Shown: positions 1 through 8,569 of the stretch, piece by piece | Position numbering within the stretch: the stretch's first letter is position 1 | Layout of the letters: each line of letters begins with the position of its first letter | Assembly: GCA_039201605.1 (NCBI GenBank) | Contig: JBCCRO010000001.1 | Location: 162,173-226,172, forward strand | DNA: 64,000 nucleotides | Origin: Actinomycetota bacterium | GTDB lineage: Bacteria > Actinomycetota > Acidimicrobiia > Acidimicrobiales > SZUA-35 | Reading direction: 5' to 3' | Translations under genes and position numbers: made by a program | Notes under the pieces: model-generated | Seen by the model: only the letters and a program-made list of their open reading frames with translations | What the model was told of the DNA's origin: nothing | Database searches by the model: none

Positions 1-430
1 CGAGCCCGAAGCTCGTGTTCAGGATCTCGGTGTCGGGGTCGAGGAGGTCGGCCTGCCACGGCGACACGCCGCCTTCGGCCAGGGGGTCGCCGGAGCTGGC
101 GACCATCGGCAGGTCCAGGGCCAGCAGCACGTCGGTCCACTGGAGGTCGAGCGACACGATCCGCTCCGGGCGTCCCTCGATCGTGGTCGAGCCGTAGCGG
201 TGTTCGATGACGACCGGCTCCGCCGTGTCGGCCTCGTCGTCGTCTCCATCGCCGGCCCCGTCGTCGGCCTCGGCGTCGGGCGTCGTCTCGGGGGAGGCGG
301 TGTCCTCGTCGGTGGCTGCGGGTTCGCTCGCCGTCGAGTCGGCGTCGCCGGCTCCGTCCTCACCACCGCAGGCGGCGAGGAGGATGGCGGCGAGCAGCAG
401 GGCGCACAGCGGGCGGGAGATGTTAGGCAA
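1..430 (-). CDS. iron-siderophore ABC transporter substrate-binding lipoprotein (N-terminal part; gene continues past the left edge)
   Basis: Absent from the ORF track because the window edge truncates it. Manual reverse translation from TTG at 430 gives MPNISRPLCALLLAAILLAACGGED (signal peptide plus lipobox LAAC). An acidic linker follows, then VVIEHRYGSTTIEGRPERIVSLDLQWTDVLLALDLPMVA, typical of FecB/FepB-type binding proteins. It lies on the same strand, 78 nt downstream of the aryl-AMP ligase. Confidence 0.7.
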   Translation of the reverse strand, partial: MPNISRPLCALLLAAILLAACGGEDGAGDADSTASEPAATDEDTASPETTPDAEADDGAGDGDDDEADTAEPVVIEHRYGSTTIEGRPERIVSLDLQWTDVLLALDLPMVASSGDPLAEGGVSPWQADLLDPDTEILNTSFGL

Positions 431-508
431 GCTTATCATTCGGCGGATGCTAGTCCCTTGGTCGGTGATCGATGGGCCGCCCCGGAGTCGATGGGGCGTC
501 TCGTGGGG

Positions 509-2164
509 TCAGGGGCGGGCCTCGGCGGCCACGGTGTCGGCCAGAGCCGCCTTGTCGAGCTTCCCGAAAGCGGTGACCGGCAGCGATCGGGCGATGTGGA
601 TCGAGTCGGGAAGCTTGAACGGCGCCAGTCCCCGGCCGGTGAGAAAGGTGCGGACATCGGCGAGATCGACCGTGGCCCCCGCCGGTTGGGTGGGGGAGAG
701 GACGAGTGCGGCCAAGATCCGCTCGCCCAGCATGTCGTCGGGCACCCCGATGACGGCGCTCTGGAAGACCGACGGGTGGGCGACGAGGTGCTCCTCGATC
801 TCGTCGGCGGCGACGTTCTCCCCGGCTCGGATGATGGTGTCCTTGATCCGACCCGTGACGACGAGCGAACCGTCGGGCTCCCGACGGACCCGGTCGCCCG
901 ACCGGTAGTAGCCGTCGGGGGTGAAGGCCGTGGCGTTGTGCTCCTCGGCGCGGTAGTAGCCGGCGATGGTGTACGGCCCACGGACCAGGAGCTCGCCGTC
1001 GGACCCGTCGGGCACGTCGACATCGTGCTCGTCCACGATCCGCACGTCGTCGTGGCCGCTGATCGGCCGTCCCTGCACCACCTGGACCCGGTCGCGGGGA
1101 TCGTCGGGTCGGGTGTGGCAGATCAGGCCCTCGGCCATGCCGAACACCTGGTGGACCGCCCCCGGAAGGACCTCCTCGAGGGCGGCGGCATCGGCGGGCG
1201 CGAGCTTCGATCCCCCGACCTGCAGCATCCGGAGCGAGGAGATGTCGGCCGGCTCCCATTCGGTGGCCGCACACCAGAGCTGGGCCAGCGCCGGCACGAG
1301 GGCGGACACCGTCACCCCGTGCGCCTCGATGAGGTCGAAGGCGTTGTCGGGGCTGGGGTCGTCGGTGAAGACCGTGTGGCCGCCGACGGCGAGCATGCCG
1401 AGGAGGCCCGGGCAGCACAGGGGGAAGTTGTGTCCGGCGGGCAGGGTGACCAGGTAGACGTCGTCGCCGTCGAGCCCGATCGTCCGAGCACAGTGGCGGG
1501 CGTTGAAGTCGTAGTCGTTGTGGGTCCGGGGGATGAGCTTCGGGAGCCCCGTCGTCCCGCCCGAGATCAGGAACAGGCACGGGTCGTCGGGGTCGATCCC
1601 GGTGGGGAACAGATCCCGGCTCGGGTCGCGCTCGGGGAGCGGGGCCCAGTCGCCGGCCTCACCGGAGACCAGCACCAGACGCAGGGAGTCGACGGCGGGC
1701 ATGATCTCGGCCGCCGTCCGGCGATGATCGAACCCGCGGCGACCGTCCTCGGTGATGTAGGCGGCGGCGCCGGACCGTTCGGCCAGATGGCCGATCTCGG
1801 CGGTCCGGTGGGCGGGCAGGGCCATGACGGGGACGAGGCCGGCCCGGAGGAGGCCGATCAGCGTGACGGCGAATTCGTTGGAGTTGCCGAGCTGGAGGAC
1901 GACCCGCTCGCCGGGTTCCAACCCGGCCGCGAGCAGACCGGCGGCCCGACGCTCGGCGGCGGCGAACAGGGCGGCGTAGGTCAGGGTTGACGGGCCGTCG
2001 ATCGAGGCGTCGGTGACGGCGGGGGCATCGGCGTGCGCCGCCGCCGAGTCGTGGAGCGACCGCCACAGGGTCCGCTGGCGGTAGAGCCCCGCCGAGCGGT
2101 ACGCCTCGACGGCCTCGGCCGGTCGGGGGACGAAGCCGCTAAGGAGTTGGGTTGTGGCCGCCAC
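509..2164 (-). CDS. mbtA: stand-alone aryl-acid adenylating enzyme (salicylate/2,3-DHB-AMP ligase, MbtA/EntE/DhbE family)
   Basis: 551-aa ORF with a GTG start and GAGGAG about 10 nt upstream. Adenylation cores are FLISGGTTGLPKLIPRTH, QVFGMAEG, YRSGDRV, GRIKDTIIRAGENVAADEIE and AFGKLDK. The binding-pocket stretch HNFPLCCPG (1406-1432) has Phe and Cys where DHB-specific enzymes have Tyr and Ser. Confidence 0.9.
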   Translation of the reverse strand: MAATTQLLSGFVPRPAEAVEAYRSAGLYRQRTLWRSLHDSAAAHADAPAVTDASIDGPSTLTYAALFAAAERRAAGLLAAGLEPGERVVLQLGNSNEFAVTLIGLLRAGLVPVMALPAHRTAEIGHLAERSGAAAYITEDGRRGFDHRRTAAEIMPAVDSLRLVLVSGEAGDWAPLPERDPSRDLFPTGIDPDDPCLFLISGGTTGLPKLIPRTHNDYDFNARHCARTIGLDGDDVYLVTLPAGHNFPLCCPGLLGMLAVGGHTVFTDDPSPDNAFDLIEAHGVTVSALVPALAQLWCAATEWEPADISSLRMLQVGGSKLAPADAAALEEVLPGAVHQVFGMAEGLICHTRPDDPRDRVQVVQGRPISGHDDVRIVDEHDVDVPDGSDGELLVRGPYTIAGYYRAEEHNATAFTPDGYYRSGDRVRREPDGSLVVTGRIKDTIIRAGENVAADEIEEHLVAHPSVFQSAVIGVPDDMLGERILAALVLSPTQPAGATVDLADVRTFLTGRGLAPFKLPDSIHIARSLPVTAFGKLDKAALADTVAAEARP

Positions 2165-2213
2165 GTCGATCGGGACTCCTCATGAGAGACATCTGCGGCG
2201 AAGATGCTGGACA

Positions 2214-2229
2214 TTTAGGACCACCTAAA
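2214..2229. promoter_or_regulatory. perfect palindrome TTTAGG-ACCA-CCTAAA in the AT-rich divergent promoter region 2165-2487 (candidate metalloregulator operator)
   Basis: Read directly from the DNA. The arms resemble IdeR/DtxR half-sites (TTAGG / CCTAA), but the spacing is shorter than the 19-bp consensus. It lies between divergently transcribed mbtA-like and mbtI-like genes. A 6-bp-arm palindrome in about 320 bp is only weakly significant. Confidence 0.3.
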
Positions 2230-2487
2230 CAAAAGTGACGCGCGCCACATTTTGTCTCAACAACCTTGCCACATTCAGTATGTTAAGAGTGCCTAGCACA
2301 GCGCTATCGCGATTAAAAGAGACAAAAAGCCATAGCGAGCTATTCACACAATTCGGCTTGCGAACTATGGTTCCAACCACGCCTTCCCCGCCGCTGGCGG
2401 TCCCGTGCGGCCCTTCTTCGGGCGGAGGTCAAAGCCGCCGCGGCCGGTTCTCCTGGCCTGATTAGGCGAGATAGGAGAGTTGGCACG

Positions 2488-3810
2488 ATGTCATTTACGG
2501 CCGATGTGCAGGCCGCCGCAATTCCTGCTGTCACCGGTGTCCAGGCGGCCAAGATCTGCGCCGCCTGGGCCGGATCGGGCCGATTCGGTGACCATGTGGT
2601 CTACGAGCACGCCGACCGTTGGAGCTTCGGAGGCGGCCGCAAGGCGTCGGTCCGACTCACGACCTCCGAGCTCGTGGTCGAGCGCGACGGGGTCGAGGTG
2701 CGGACGCCGTGGGACGGGGATCCGTCAGCCGCCCTGGGCGCCGCCCTCGACGCCATCGACGAGGACGGATGGCGGCTGTACGGCTGGGTGGGTTTCGACT
2801 TCGCCGCCGCCCAGCACGGCCTCCTCGACCGCGTGCCACCGGGGACGACGCTCGCCCATCTGGTGATCCCCGAGTTCGAGGCCACGGTCGGTGTCGCCGG
2901 CATCGACGTCGGCACCGCACCCCCGGAGACCGCAGCCCTGCTCCGGACGCTGGCCGACGAGGTGGAGCCGCTGGCCACCCCCTGCCCGATCTCGGTTCAC
3001 CTCGATCCCTACGGCTACGAGGACATGGTGGCCACCGCCGTCGGGGAGATCGAGCGGGGCGACTACCGGAAGGTGATTCTCTCCCGGGTGGTGGAGGTGC
3101 CCTTCGCCGTCGACCTCCCTCGGACGTACGCCCTCGGTCGCGCCAGGAACAACCCGGCCCGGTCCTACCTCTTCCAGCTGGACGATCTCAGCGCCGTCGG
3201 GTTCAGCCCCGAGCTGGTGCTGGCCGTCGACGCCGACCGCATCGTGCAGACCGAGCCGCTGGCCGGCACCCGGGCCCTCGGCATCGGGGCCGCCGCCGAC
3301 GCCGAAGCCCGACGAGAGCTGCAATCCGACGTCAAGGAGATCGCCGAACACGCCATGTCGGTGCGGGCCTGTTGGGAAGAGGTCGAGTCCGTCTCCCGGC
3401 CCGGCACCACGGCCGTCAGCGAGTACATGGTGGTGAAGGACCGCGGCAGCGTGCAGCATCTGGCGTCGACGGTCCGCGGCCGATTGGCCGACGACCTCAA
3501 CCCGTGGCACTCGTTCGCCGTCGCCTTCCCGTCGATCACCGCCTCGGGAATCCCCAAGACCGAGGCCCTGGAGGCGATCTACCGGTTGGAGCCCCTGCGG
3601 CGGAACCTCTACTCGGGTGCCGTGGTGACGGCGTCGTCCGCCGGCGATCTGGAGGCGGCACTGGTGCTGCGCACCGTCTTCTCCAGCGGCGGCCGAACCT
3701 GGCTGCGGGCCGGGGCCGGGATCGTCGAACAGTCCCGTCCGAGCCGCGAGTTCGACGAGACGTGCGAGAAGCTCGGGAGCATCGCGCCCTTCCTCGTGCC
3801 CGCCCGATGA
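2488..3810 (+). CDS. mbtI: salicylate synthase / isochorismate synthase family enzyme (MbtI-like chorismate-utilising enzyme)
   Basis: 440-aa ORF with GGAGAG upstream of the ATG. Motifs: SPELVLAVDADRIVQTEPLAGTRALG, KEIAEHAMSV, FPSITASGIPK, RNLYSGAVV, GAGIVEQSRPSREFDET. No isochorismatase (EntB-type), EntA-type dehydrogenase or PchB-like lyase is present in the window. Confidence 0.85.
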   Translation: MSFTADVQAAAIPAVTGVQAAKICAAWAGSGRFGDHVVYEHADRWSFGGGRKASVRLTTSELVVERDGVEVRTPWDGDPSAALGAALDAIDEDGWRLYGWVGFDFAAAQHGLLDRVPPGTTLAHLVIPEFEATVGVAGIDVGTAPPETAALLRTLADEVEPLATPCPISVHLDPYGYEDMVATAVGEIERGDYRKVILSRVVEVPFAVDLPRTYALGRARNNPARSYLFQLDDLSAVGFSPELVLAVDADRIVQTEPLAGTRALGIGAAADAEARRELQSDVKEIAEHAMSVRACWEEVESVSRPGTTAVSEYMVVKDRGSVQHLASTVRGRLADDLNPWHSFAVAFPSITASGIPKTEALEAIYRLEPLRRNLYSGAVVTASSAGDLEAALVLRTVFSSGGRTWLRAGAGIVEQSRPSREFDETCEKLGSIAPFLVPAR

Positions 3811-3850
3811 GCCTGGGCGATCCCCGGTCCGACGTCGTCCCCAACCCGCC

Positions 3851-6800
3851 GTGCCGATCCGATCGACGAGCGACCGCACCGGGCCCGATGCCGAGGGTCG
3901 TTCGACCGCTTGCGGGCCGGGCGAACGGGCGGCATCCGTGACCTGGTCGGTCTCCGACGCCGCTGTCGGTGCGGCCGCCGAGCACGGTCCTTCGCTGTCG
4001 GACCAGCAGGAGCGGATCTGGTACCTGTCACGACTGGACCCCGAAGGACCCGGGCTCAACGTCGGTCTGGCCCTGCACCTGGACGGCCCGCTCGATCTCG
4101 ACCGGCTCGATGGCGCCGTGCGGCTCGTCGCCCGCCGCCATCCGCGTCTGACGGCGGTGTTCGGAGTCGACGACCGGGGCGAGCCCCGCTTGCGGAGCAC
4201 CGGCGAGGGCGCAGGCCTGATCGTGTTGGATGAGCTCGACATCGACGCCCCGGCGTGCGGGTCCGTGACCGACGACGCCCTCCAGGTGGTGCTGCGACGC
4301 CGATTCGATCAGAGCTTCGACCTGGCCGGGGAGCCGCCCCTGCGGACAGCCGTCGTGCCGCTAGGCCCGACCGGTCACGTCCTCATCGTGGTCGGCCACC
4401 GCATCGCCATCGATCCCCAGCTCTGGCCCGCTTACCTCGACGAGGTGGCCGTCGCCTACCGGGCCCAGGACCCCGAGCCGGCGGTGGCCGCCGAGACCGG
4501 CCCCGGCTCCTCGTCCGGGACGGTTTCGCCCTCGCCGTCACCGTCGACGAACGGGCAGGCCGCGCCGGCCCCGGCGCCGATCTCACCCCCGCCGTCGGCG
4601 GTCGCGAACGGGCACGCCGCGCCGGCGCCGATCTCACCCCCGCCGTCGGCGGTCGCGAACGGGCACGCCGCGCCCGCGGTGGTGTCGAGGCTTCGACCGG
4701 TCGAGGCCGAGGTACCGCCGCTCGAGTTCCCCGGCGAGTCGCGGAGCCGTCGGCTGCCCGGGTCGGCGGCGGCGATGCTCACTATCGAGCTTGGAGCCGA
4801 TCGACTGGCGACCCTTCGTGACGTGGCGGGCGAGGCCGGGGTCGGTCCGTCGGAGGTGTTCGTCGCCCTGTTCCAGCTCGTCCTGGCCCGGACGTGTTCG
4901 GCCCCCGACCATCTGTTGGAGCTGGCGTCGGCGCCCGGTGCCGATGCCCGCCGCGAGCTGCTGGACGCTCCGGTCGACCGCAGCGTCGTGATCCGGTCCC
5001 TGATCGACGAGGACCGACCGCTGTCCGAGCTGCTCCGGCTGGTGAAGGCCGAGACCTCCCGCGCCCGGGTCACCGGCCCGGGCGGGACGAACGGCGCCCC
5101 GGCCGCCGACGATGAGCTGCTGCCCGATCGCCGGGCCCTCACCCGCGTCCGGTTCGCCGAGCACACCTCCCCGGCCGCCGCCTTCGACCTGCCGGGTGTG
5201 TCGGCCACGGTGCTGGCCGCCGGGACCGGACACGCCTTGGTCCCGCTGACCCTCACCGTCGAGTCCGAGCCGTCGGGCGGCGTCACGCTGCGGCTGGAGT
5301 ACCAGATCGACGTCGTGTCGGACGTGGTGGCCACCGCCGTCGAGTGGCAGCTGCGCGGCGCCGTCGAAGCGCTGTCGCCCGAGCTGCTCGACGAACCGCT
5401 GTCCCGGCTGCCGTCGGTGGCTCCGTCCCGGCGGGACCTCCTCCTCGACTTCGCCCGCGGCGCCCGGTCGCCGGACGGCCCGGCCACCCTGCCCGAGCTG
5501 GTCTCCGCCGCGGCGGCCGAGCGGCCGAACGAGGTGGCGGTGGTGGCCCCGGACGGTGTGCTGCGCTTCGGCCCCCTGCTCGACGATGCCGACCGGCTGG
5601 CCGCCGTACTGGCCGACCAGGGCGTGCGAGCCGGCGACGTGGTGGCCACCCTGCTGGCCCCCTCGGCCGAGCTCGTGGTGACCGCGGTCGCCATCGTCCG
5701 CCTCGGCGCCGTCTACCTCCCCCTCGACCCCGATCTGCCCTCCGGCGAGATCGATCGGCTCCTGGCCGAGACCCGGCCGGTCGGGCTGATCGGCCCGGGC
5801 GCCGCAGGGCGGGCCGATGTGACGGGGCTGTCGACGAAGCGATTGACGGCGACCCCCAACCCGGCCCACCCCGTCGTACCTCGCCACCCCGTCCCCTCGC
5901 CCGAGGATCCCGCCTTCATCGTGGGCTGCGGCGTCGGCGACGAGCTGCGGGGCGTGGTGGTGAGCCACCAGGCGATCTCCGGCTACCTCCGGTGGATCGT
6001 ACGGCTGGGCGACCTGGGTCCGGCCGACTCGGTGCTGCAGGTGGCGCCACCCGGCTTCGACGCCAGCGTGGGTGAGATCTTCGGCTGCCTCATCAGCGGC
6101 GCCCGGCTCGTCATCCCCCGGTCGGGTGGTCTGGCCGACGTCGGCTACCTGGGGTCGCTCCTCGACGAGCAGCACATCACGTCGCTGCACATGGTGCCGT
6201 CGCTCCTCGGGGCCTTCCTCGCCCTCCCCGGAGTCGAGCGGTGGACGACGCTGCGGCGCGTCCCCGTCGGCGGCGAGCCGCTGTCCGGTGATCTGGCCGA
6301 TCGCTTCAACGCCACCTTCGACGCCGAACTGCACAACTTCTACGGCTCGGCCGAGGTCACGCTCGCCGCCTGCCATCAGCAGGTCGGGTTCGGGCAGGGT
6401 CCGGGGGTGGTGCCGATCGGGCGGCCGAAGGCCGACGCCGACGTCCACGTGCTCGACGAACGCCTGCGGCTCGTCGAGGTCGGCGTGGTGGGGGAGATCT
6501 ACGTCGGGGGGTCACAGCTGGCATCGGGCTACCACCGGCGGACGGGCGACACCGCCGCCCGCTTCGTCGCCGACCCCTTCACCGACGGCGGTCGTCTGTT
6601 CCGGACGGGCGACCTCGGTCGATGGTCGGCGGATGGGACCCTCGACTACGTCCGTCGGGCCGATCGGGAGCTGCGCGTCCGCGGTCATCGCCTCGACGCC
6701 GCCGAGGTGGAGGCGGCGGTGGCCAGCGCCGCCGGTTCGACCCAGTGCGTGGTCGACGTCAGCGGGGGCGACGCCGAGGCCCGACTGCTCGCCTATGTGG

Positions 6801-8569
6801 TGCTGCCCGGGGGTGCGACGCTGGCCCCGGAGGTCGAACAGCGGATACGGCAGACGGTGTCGTCCCGACTCCCCGCCCACCTCGTTCCCGAACGCGTCGT
6901 GGCCATAGCGGCGCTGCCCCTCACGACGACGGGGAAGCTCGACCGGTCCCGACTGCGGGCACCGGCCGAGCCGTTCTCCGAGCCGATCCGGGAGGCGGCG
7001 ACCGAGTCCGAGGCCCGGCTGTGCACGATCTTCGGCGATGTCGTCGGCCGTCCGTCGGTGGGGGCAAACGAGTCGTTCTTCGATCTCGGGGGCACGGCGC
7101 TGCTCGCCGCCCGCCTGGCCGGGCGGATCGGCGCTGCGTTCGGCGTCGAACTCTCGATTCCGGTGGTCTTCGAGCGACCGACCCCCGCCGCCCTGGCCGA
7201 GTACCTCGACCTCCACGTGATCGACCTCGGGTCGACGTCCGAGGCGCCTGCGGTCGACAACCGCCCGGGACCGGTCGACCCCCCGATCCCGTCGTCGGCC
7301 GATCCGTCCGGGGCGCCGTCGCCGCTGTCGGCGACCCAGACGCAGCTGCTCGATCGGCTGGCGTCCGGGGGCGTCGCCGACGCCGACCAGGTCGTCTTCG
7401 GGTTCGAGGTCGACGGACCGATCGACGCCGATGTACTGCAGGCGGCGTTGGTCGACGTGGTCGCCCGCCACGAGCTGTTGCACACCGCGTTCCCATCGGT
7501 GGGCGGGGCCGTCGAGCCTCGGAGCGTCGACGAGCCCGACCTGCGGGTGGTCTACGACACGACCGGCGCCGGAGCGGACTCGCTGTTGTGGCGGTCGTGG
7601 CGGGAGGCGCCCCCGGAGCCCGACCTCCGCCCGGTGGCGACCGACCTGATCGTGCGGTCGCCGCAGTGCTCGGTGCTCGTGCTCCGGATCCATGCGTTGT
7701 CGGCCGACCACTGGTCGCTCCCGACCCTCATGGCCGACCTGGCCGTCGCCTACCGGGCCCGGCGCCGCCGGCTGCTCCCCGACTGGCCACCCCGCTACCT
7801 CCAGTACGCCGACGTCGTCGCCTGGCAGCGCGTGAAGGGCGGGCCGCCGACCGATCCCGCCGTCTCCACCGCCTCCGCCTCCGCCGACCCTCGACCGGCC
7901 ACCGACCTGCAGGTGCTCGCCGCCGTCGGCCTCGTCCCGGCGCTCGACCGGCTGGCCGGCATGGCCCGGACCGATCGTCGGGCGGCAGCCGCCGCCGTGG
8001 TCGGTGCCGCCGTCCTCGAGGGCCGCGACACCGACCGGATCGAGGTGTGGGTCCCCGTTCCCGAGGCGGTGCCGGTCGGCATGGACGGCGTGGTCGGACC
8101 CCTCGTCCACGAGCTTCCCGTCACGGTGTCGGGCGCCGCCCTGGCCGACGATCCGGTCGCCGCCGTGGCCGCCGTCGCCGCCGACCTCGACGGTCGGATC
8201 CCCGCCCTCGACCTGCCGGTGCCGACCCCGCACGGCCGCCTCGTGGTCAACGCCGACCTCCCCGAGGTGTTGCCCGTCAGACTCGCCGACGACGCCGGTT
8301 CGCCGGCCACCACGATGCGCGCCCTGGCGCCCCTCCGCCCCGTCCTCTCGGCCGATCTCGCCATCGACCTCGTCTCCGCCGCCGACGGCCCCGCCGTCCG
8401 GGTGACCCAGGGTGCGGGTCACGCCGAGGTGGTTGCCGCCCGGCCTCTGGTCGACCGACTGTCGGCCGTCGCCACCGCCCTGGTGACGCCGCGACGGCCG
8501 GGGTCGGACCCGGCCCAGCCCTCGCCCTCGCCCTCGTCGTCGGCTGCGCCCGACCCGATCCGGAGATGA
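3851..8569 (+). CDS. NRPS-like protein, domain order C-A-T-C, all four domains with degenerate catalytic motifs
   Basis: 1572-aa ORF; the GTG start is uncertain. Recognisable cores are LSDQQERIWYL, FDASVGEIF, NFYGSAEVT, FRTGDLGRW, RADRELRVRGHRLDAAEVE, PLTTTGKLDR, FFDLGG and LSATQTQLLD. The degenerate motifs are:
- HRIAID (4397-4414) in place of HHxxxDG
- VGCGVGDELRG (5912-5953) in place of the TSGSTGxPKG loop
- GGTA (Ala at 7097-7099) in place of GGxS
- HALSAD (7691-7708) in place of HHxxxD. Confidence 0.85.
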   Translation: MPIRSTSDRTGPDAEGRSTACGPGERAASVTWSVSDAAVGAAAEHGPSLSDQQERIWYLSRLDPEGPGLNVGLALHLDGPLDLDRLDGAVRLVARRHPRLTAVFGVDDRGEPRLRSTGEGAGLIVLDELDIDAPACGSVTDDALQVVLRRRFDQSFDLAGEPPLRTAVVPLGPTGHVLIVVGHRIAIDPQLWPAYLDEVAVAYRAQDPEPAVAAETGPGSSSGTVSPSPSPSTNGQAAPAPAPISPPPSAVANGHAAPAPISPPPSAVANGHAAPAVVSRLRPVEAEVPPLEFPGESRSRRLPGSAAAMLTIELGADRLATLRDVAGEAGVGPSEVFVALFQLVLARTCSAPDHLLELASAPGADARRELLDAPVDRSVVIRSLIDEDRPLSELLRLVKAETSRARVTGPGGTNGAPAADDELLPDRRALTRVRFAEHTSPAAAFDLPGVSATVLAAGTGHALVPLTLTVESEPSGGVTLRLEYQIDVVSDVVATAVEWQLRGAVEALSPELLDEPLSRLPSVAPSRRDLLLDFARGARSPDGPATLPELVSAAAAERPNEVAVVAPDGVLRFGPLLDDADRLAAVLADQGVRAGDVVATLLAPSAELVVTAVAIVRLGAVYLPLDPDLPSGEIDRLLAETRPVGLIGPGAAGRADVTGLSTKRLTATPNPAHPVVPRHPVPSPEDPAFIVGCGVGDELRGVVVSHQAISGYLRWIVRLGDLGPADSVLQVAPPGFDASVGEIFGCLISGARLVIPRSGGLADVGYLGSLLDEQHITSLHMVPSLLGAFLALPGVERWTTLRRVPVGGEPLSGDLADRFNATFDAELHNFYGSAEVTLAACHQQVGFGQGPGVVPIGRPKADADVHVLDERLRLVEVGVVGEIYVGGSQLASGYHRRTGDTAARFVADPFTDGGRLFRTGDLGRWSADGTLDYVRRADRELRVRGHRLDAAEVEAAVASAAGSTQCVVDVSGGDAEARLLAYVVLPGGATLAPEVEQRIRQTVSSRLPAHLVPERVVAIAALPLTTTGKLDRSRLRAPAEPFSEPIREAATESEARLCTIFGDVVGRPSVGANESFFDLGGTALLAARLAGRIGAAFGVELSIPVVFERPTPAALAEYLDLHVIDLGSTSEAPAVDNRPGPVDPPIPSSADPSGAPSPLSATQTQLLDRLASGGVADADQVVFGFEVDGPIDADVLQAALVDVVARHELLHTAFPSVGGAVEPRSVDEPDLRVVYDTTGAGADSLLWRSWREAPPEPDLRPVATDLIVRSPQCSVLVLRIHALSADHWSLPTLMADLAVAYRARRRRLLPDWPPRYLQYADVVAWQRVKGGPPTDPAVSTASASADPRPATDLQVLAAVGLVPALDRLAGMARTDRRAAAAAVVGAAVLEGRDTDRIEVWVPVPEAVPVGMDGVVGPLVHELPVTVSGAALADDPVAAVAAVAADLDGRIPALDLPVPTPHGRLVVNADLPEVLPVRLADDAGSPATTMRALAPLRPVLSADLAIDLVSAADGPAVRVTQGAGHAEVVAARPLVDRLSAVATALVTPRRPGSDPAQPSPSPSSSAAPDPIRR
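4571..4672 (+). repeat. perfect 51-bp in-frame tandem duplication (2 copies, plus a diverged partial copy upstream)
   Basis: 4571-4621 and 4622-4672 are identical when compared base by base. Each copy encodes the same 17 residues, which in the protein appear as ISPPPSAVANGHAAPAP repeated twice. The duplication sits in a Pro/Ala/Ser-rich insertion inside the first C-like domain. Confidence 0.95.

Noticed and set aside
19-366. 115-aa minus-strand ORF at the left edge
   Set aside because: The translation is Pro/Arg-rich nonsense. A different minus-strand frame starting at TTG 430 gives a clean lipoprotein signal and a binding-protein fold, and is preferred.
200-1990. 596-aa plus-strand ORF (and 207-908, 436-1023, 450-1580) overlapping the aryl-AMP ligase gene
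   Set aside because: The translations are Gly/Arg/Pro/Ala-rich low-complexity strings with no motifs. They are the shadow ORFs expected in very GC-rich DNA. The minus-strand 509-2164 frame has a full set of adenylation motifs.
2165-2487. Canonical 19-bp IdeR/DtxR iron box (TTAGGTTAGGCTAACCTAA-like) in the cluster promoter regions
   Set aside because: By hand alignment, the best candidates (2215-2233, 31699-31717, 36809-36827) match only about 10-12 of 19 positions or have the wrong half-site spacing. I report them only as weak operator candidates, not as iron boxes.
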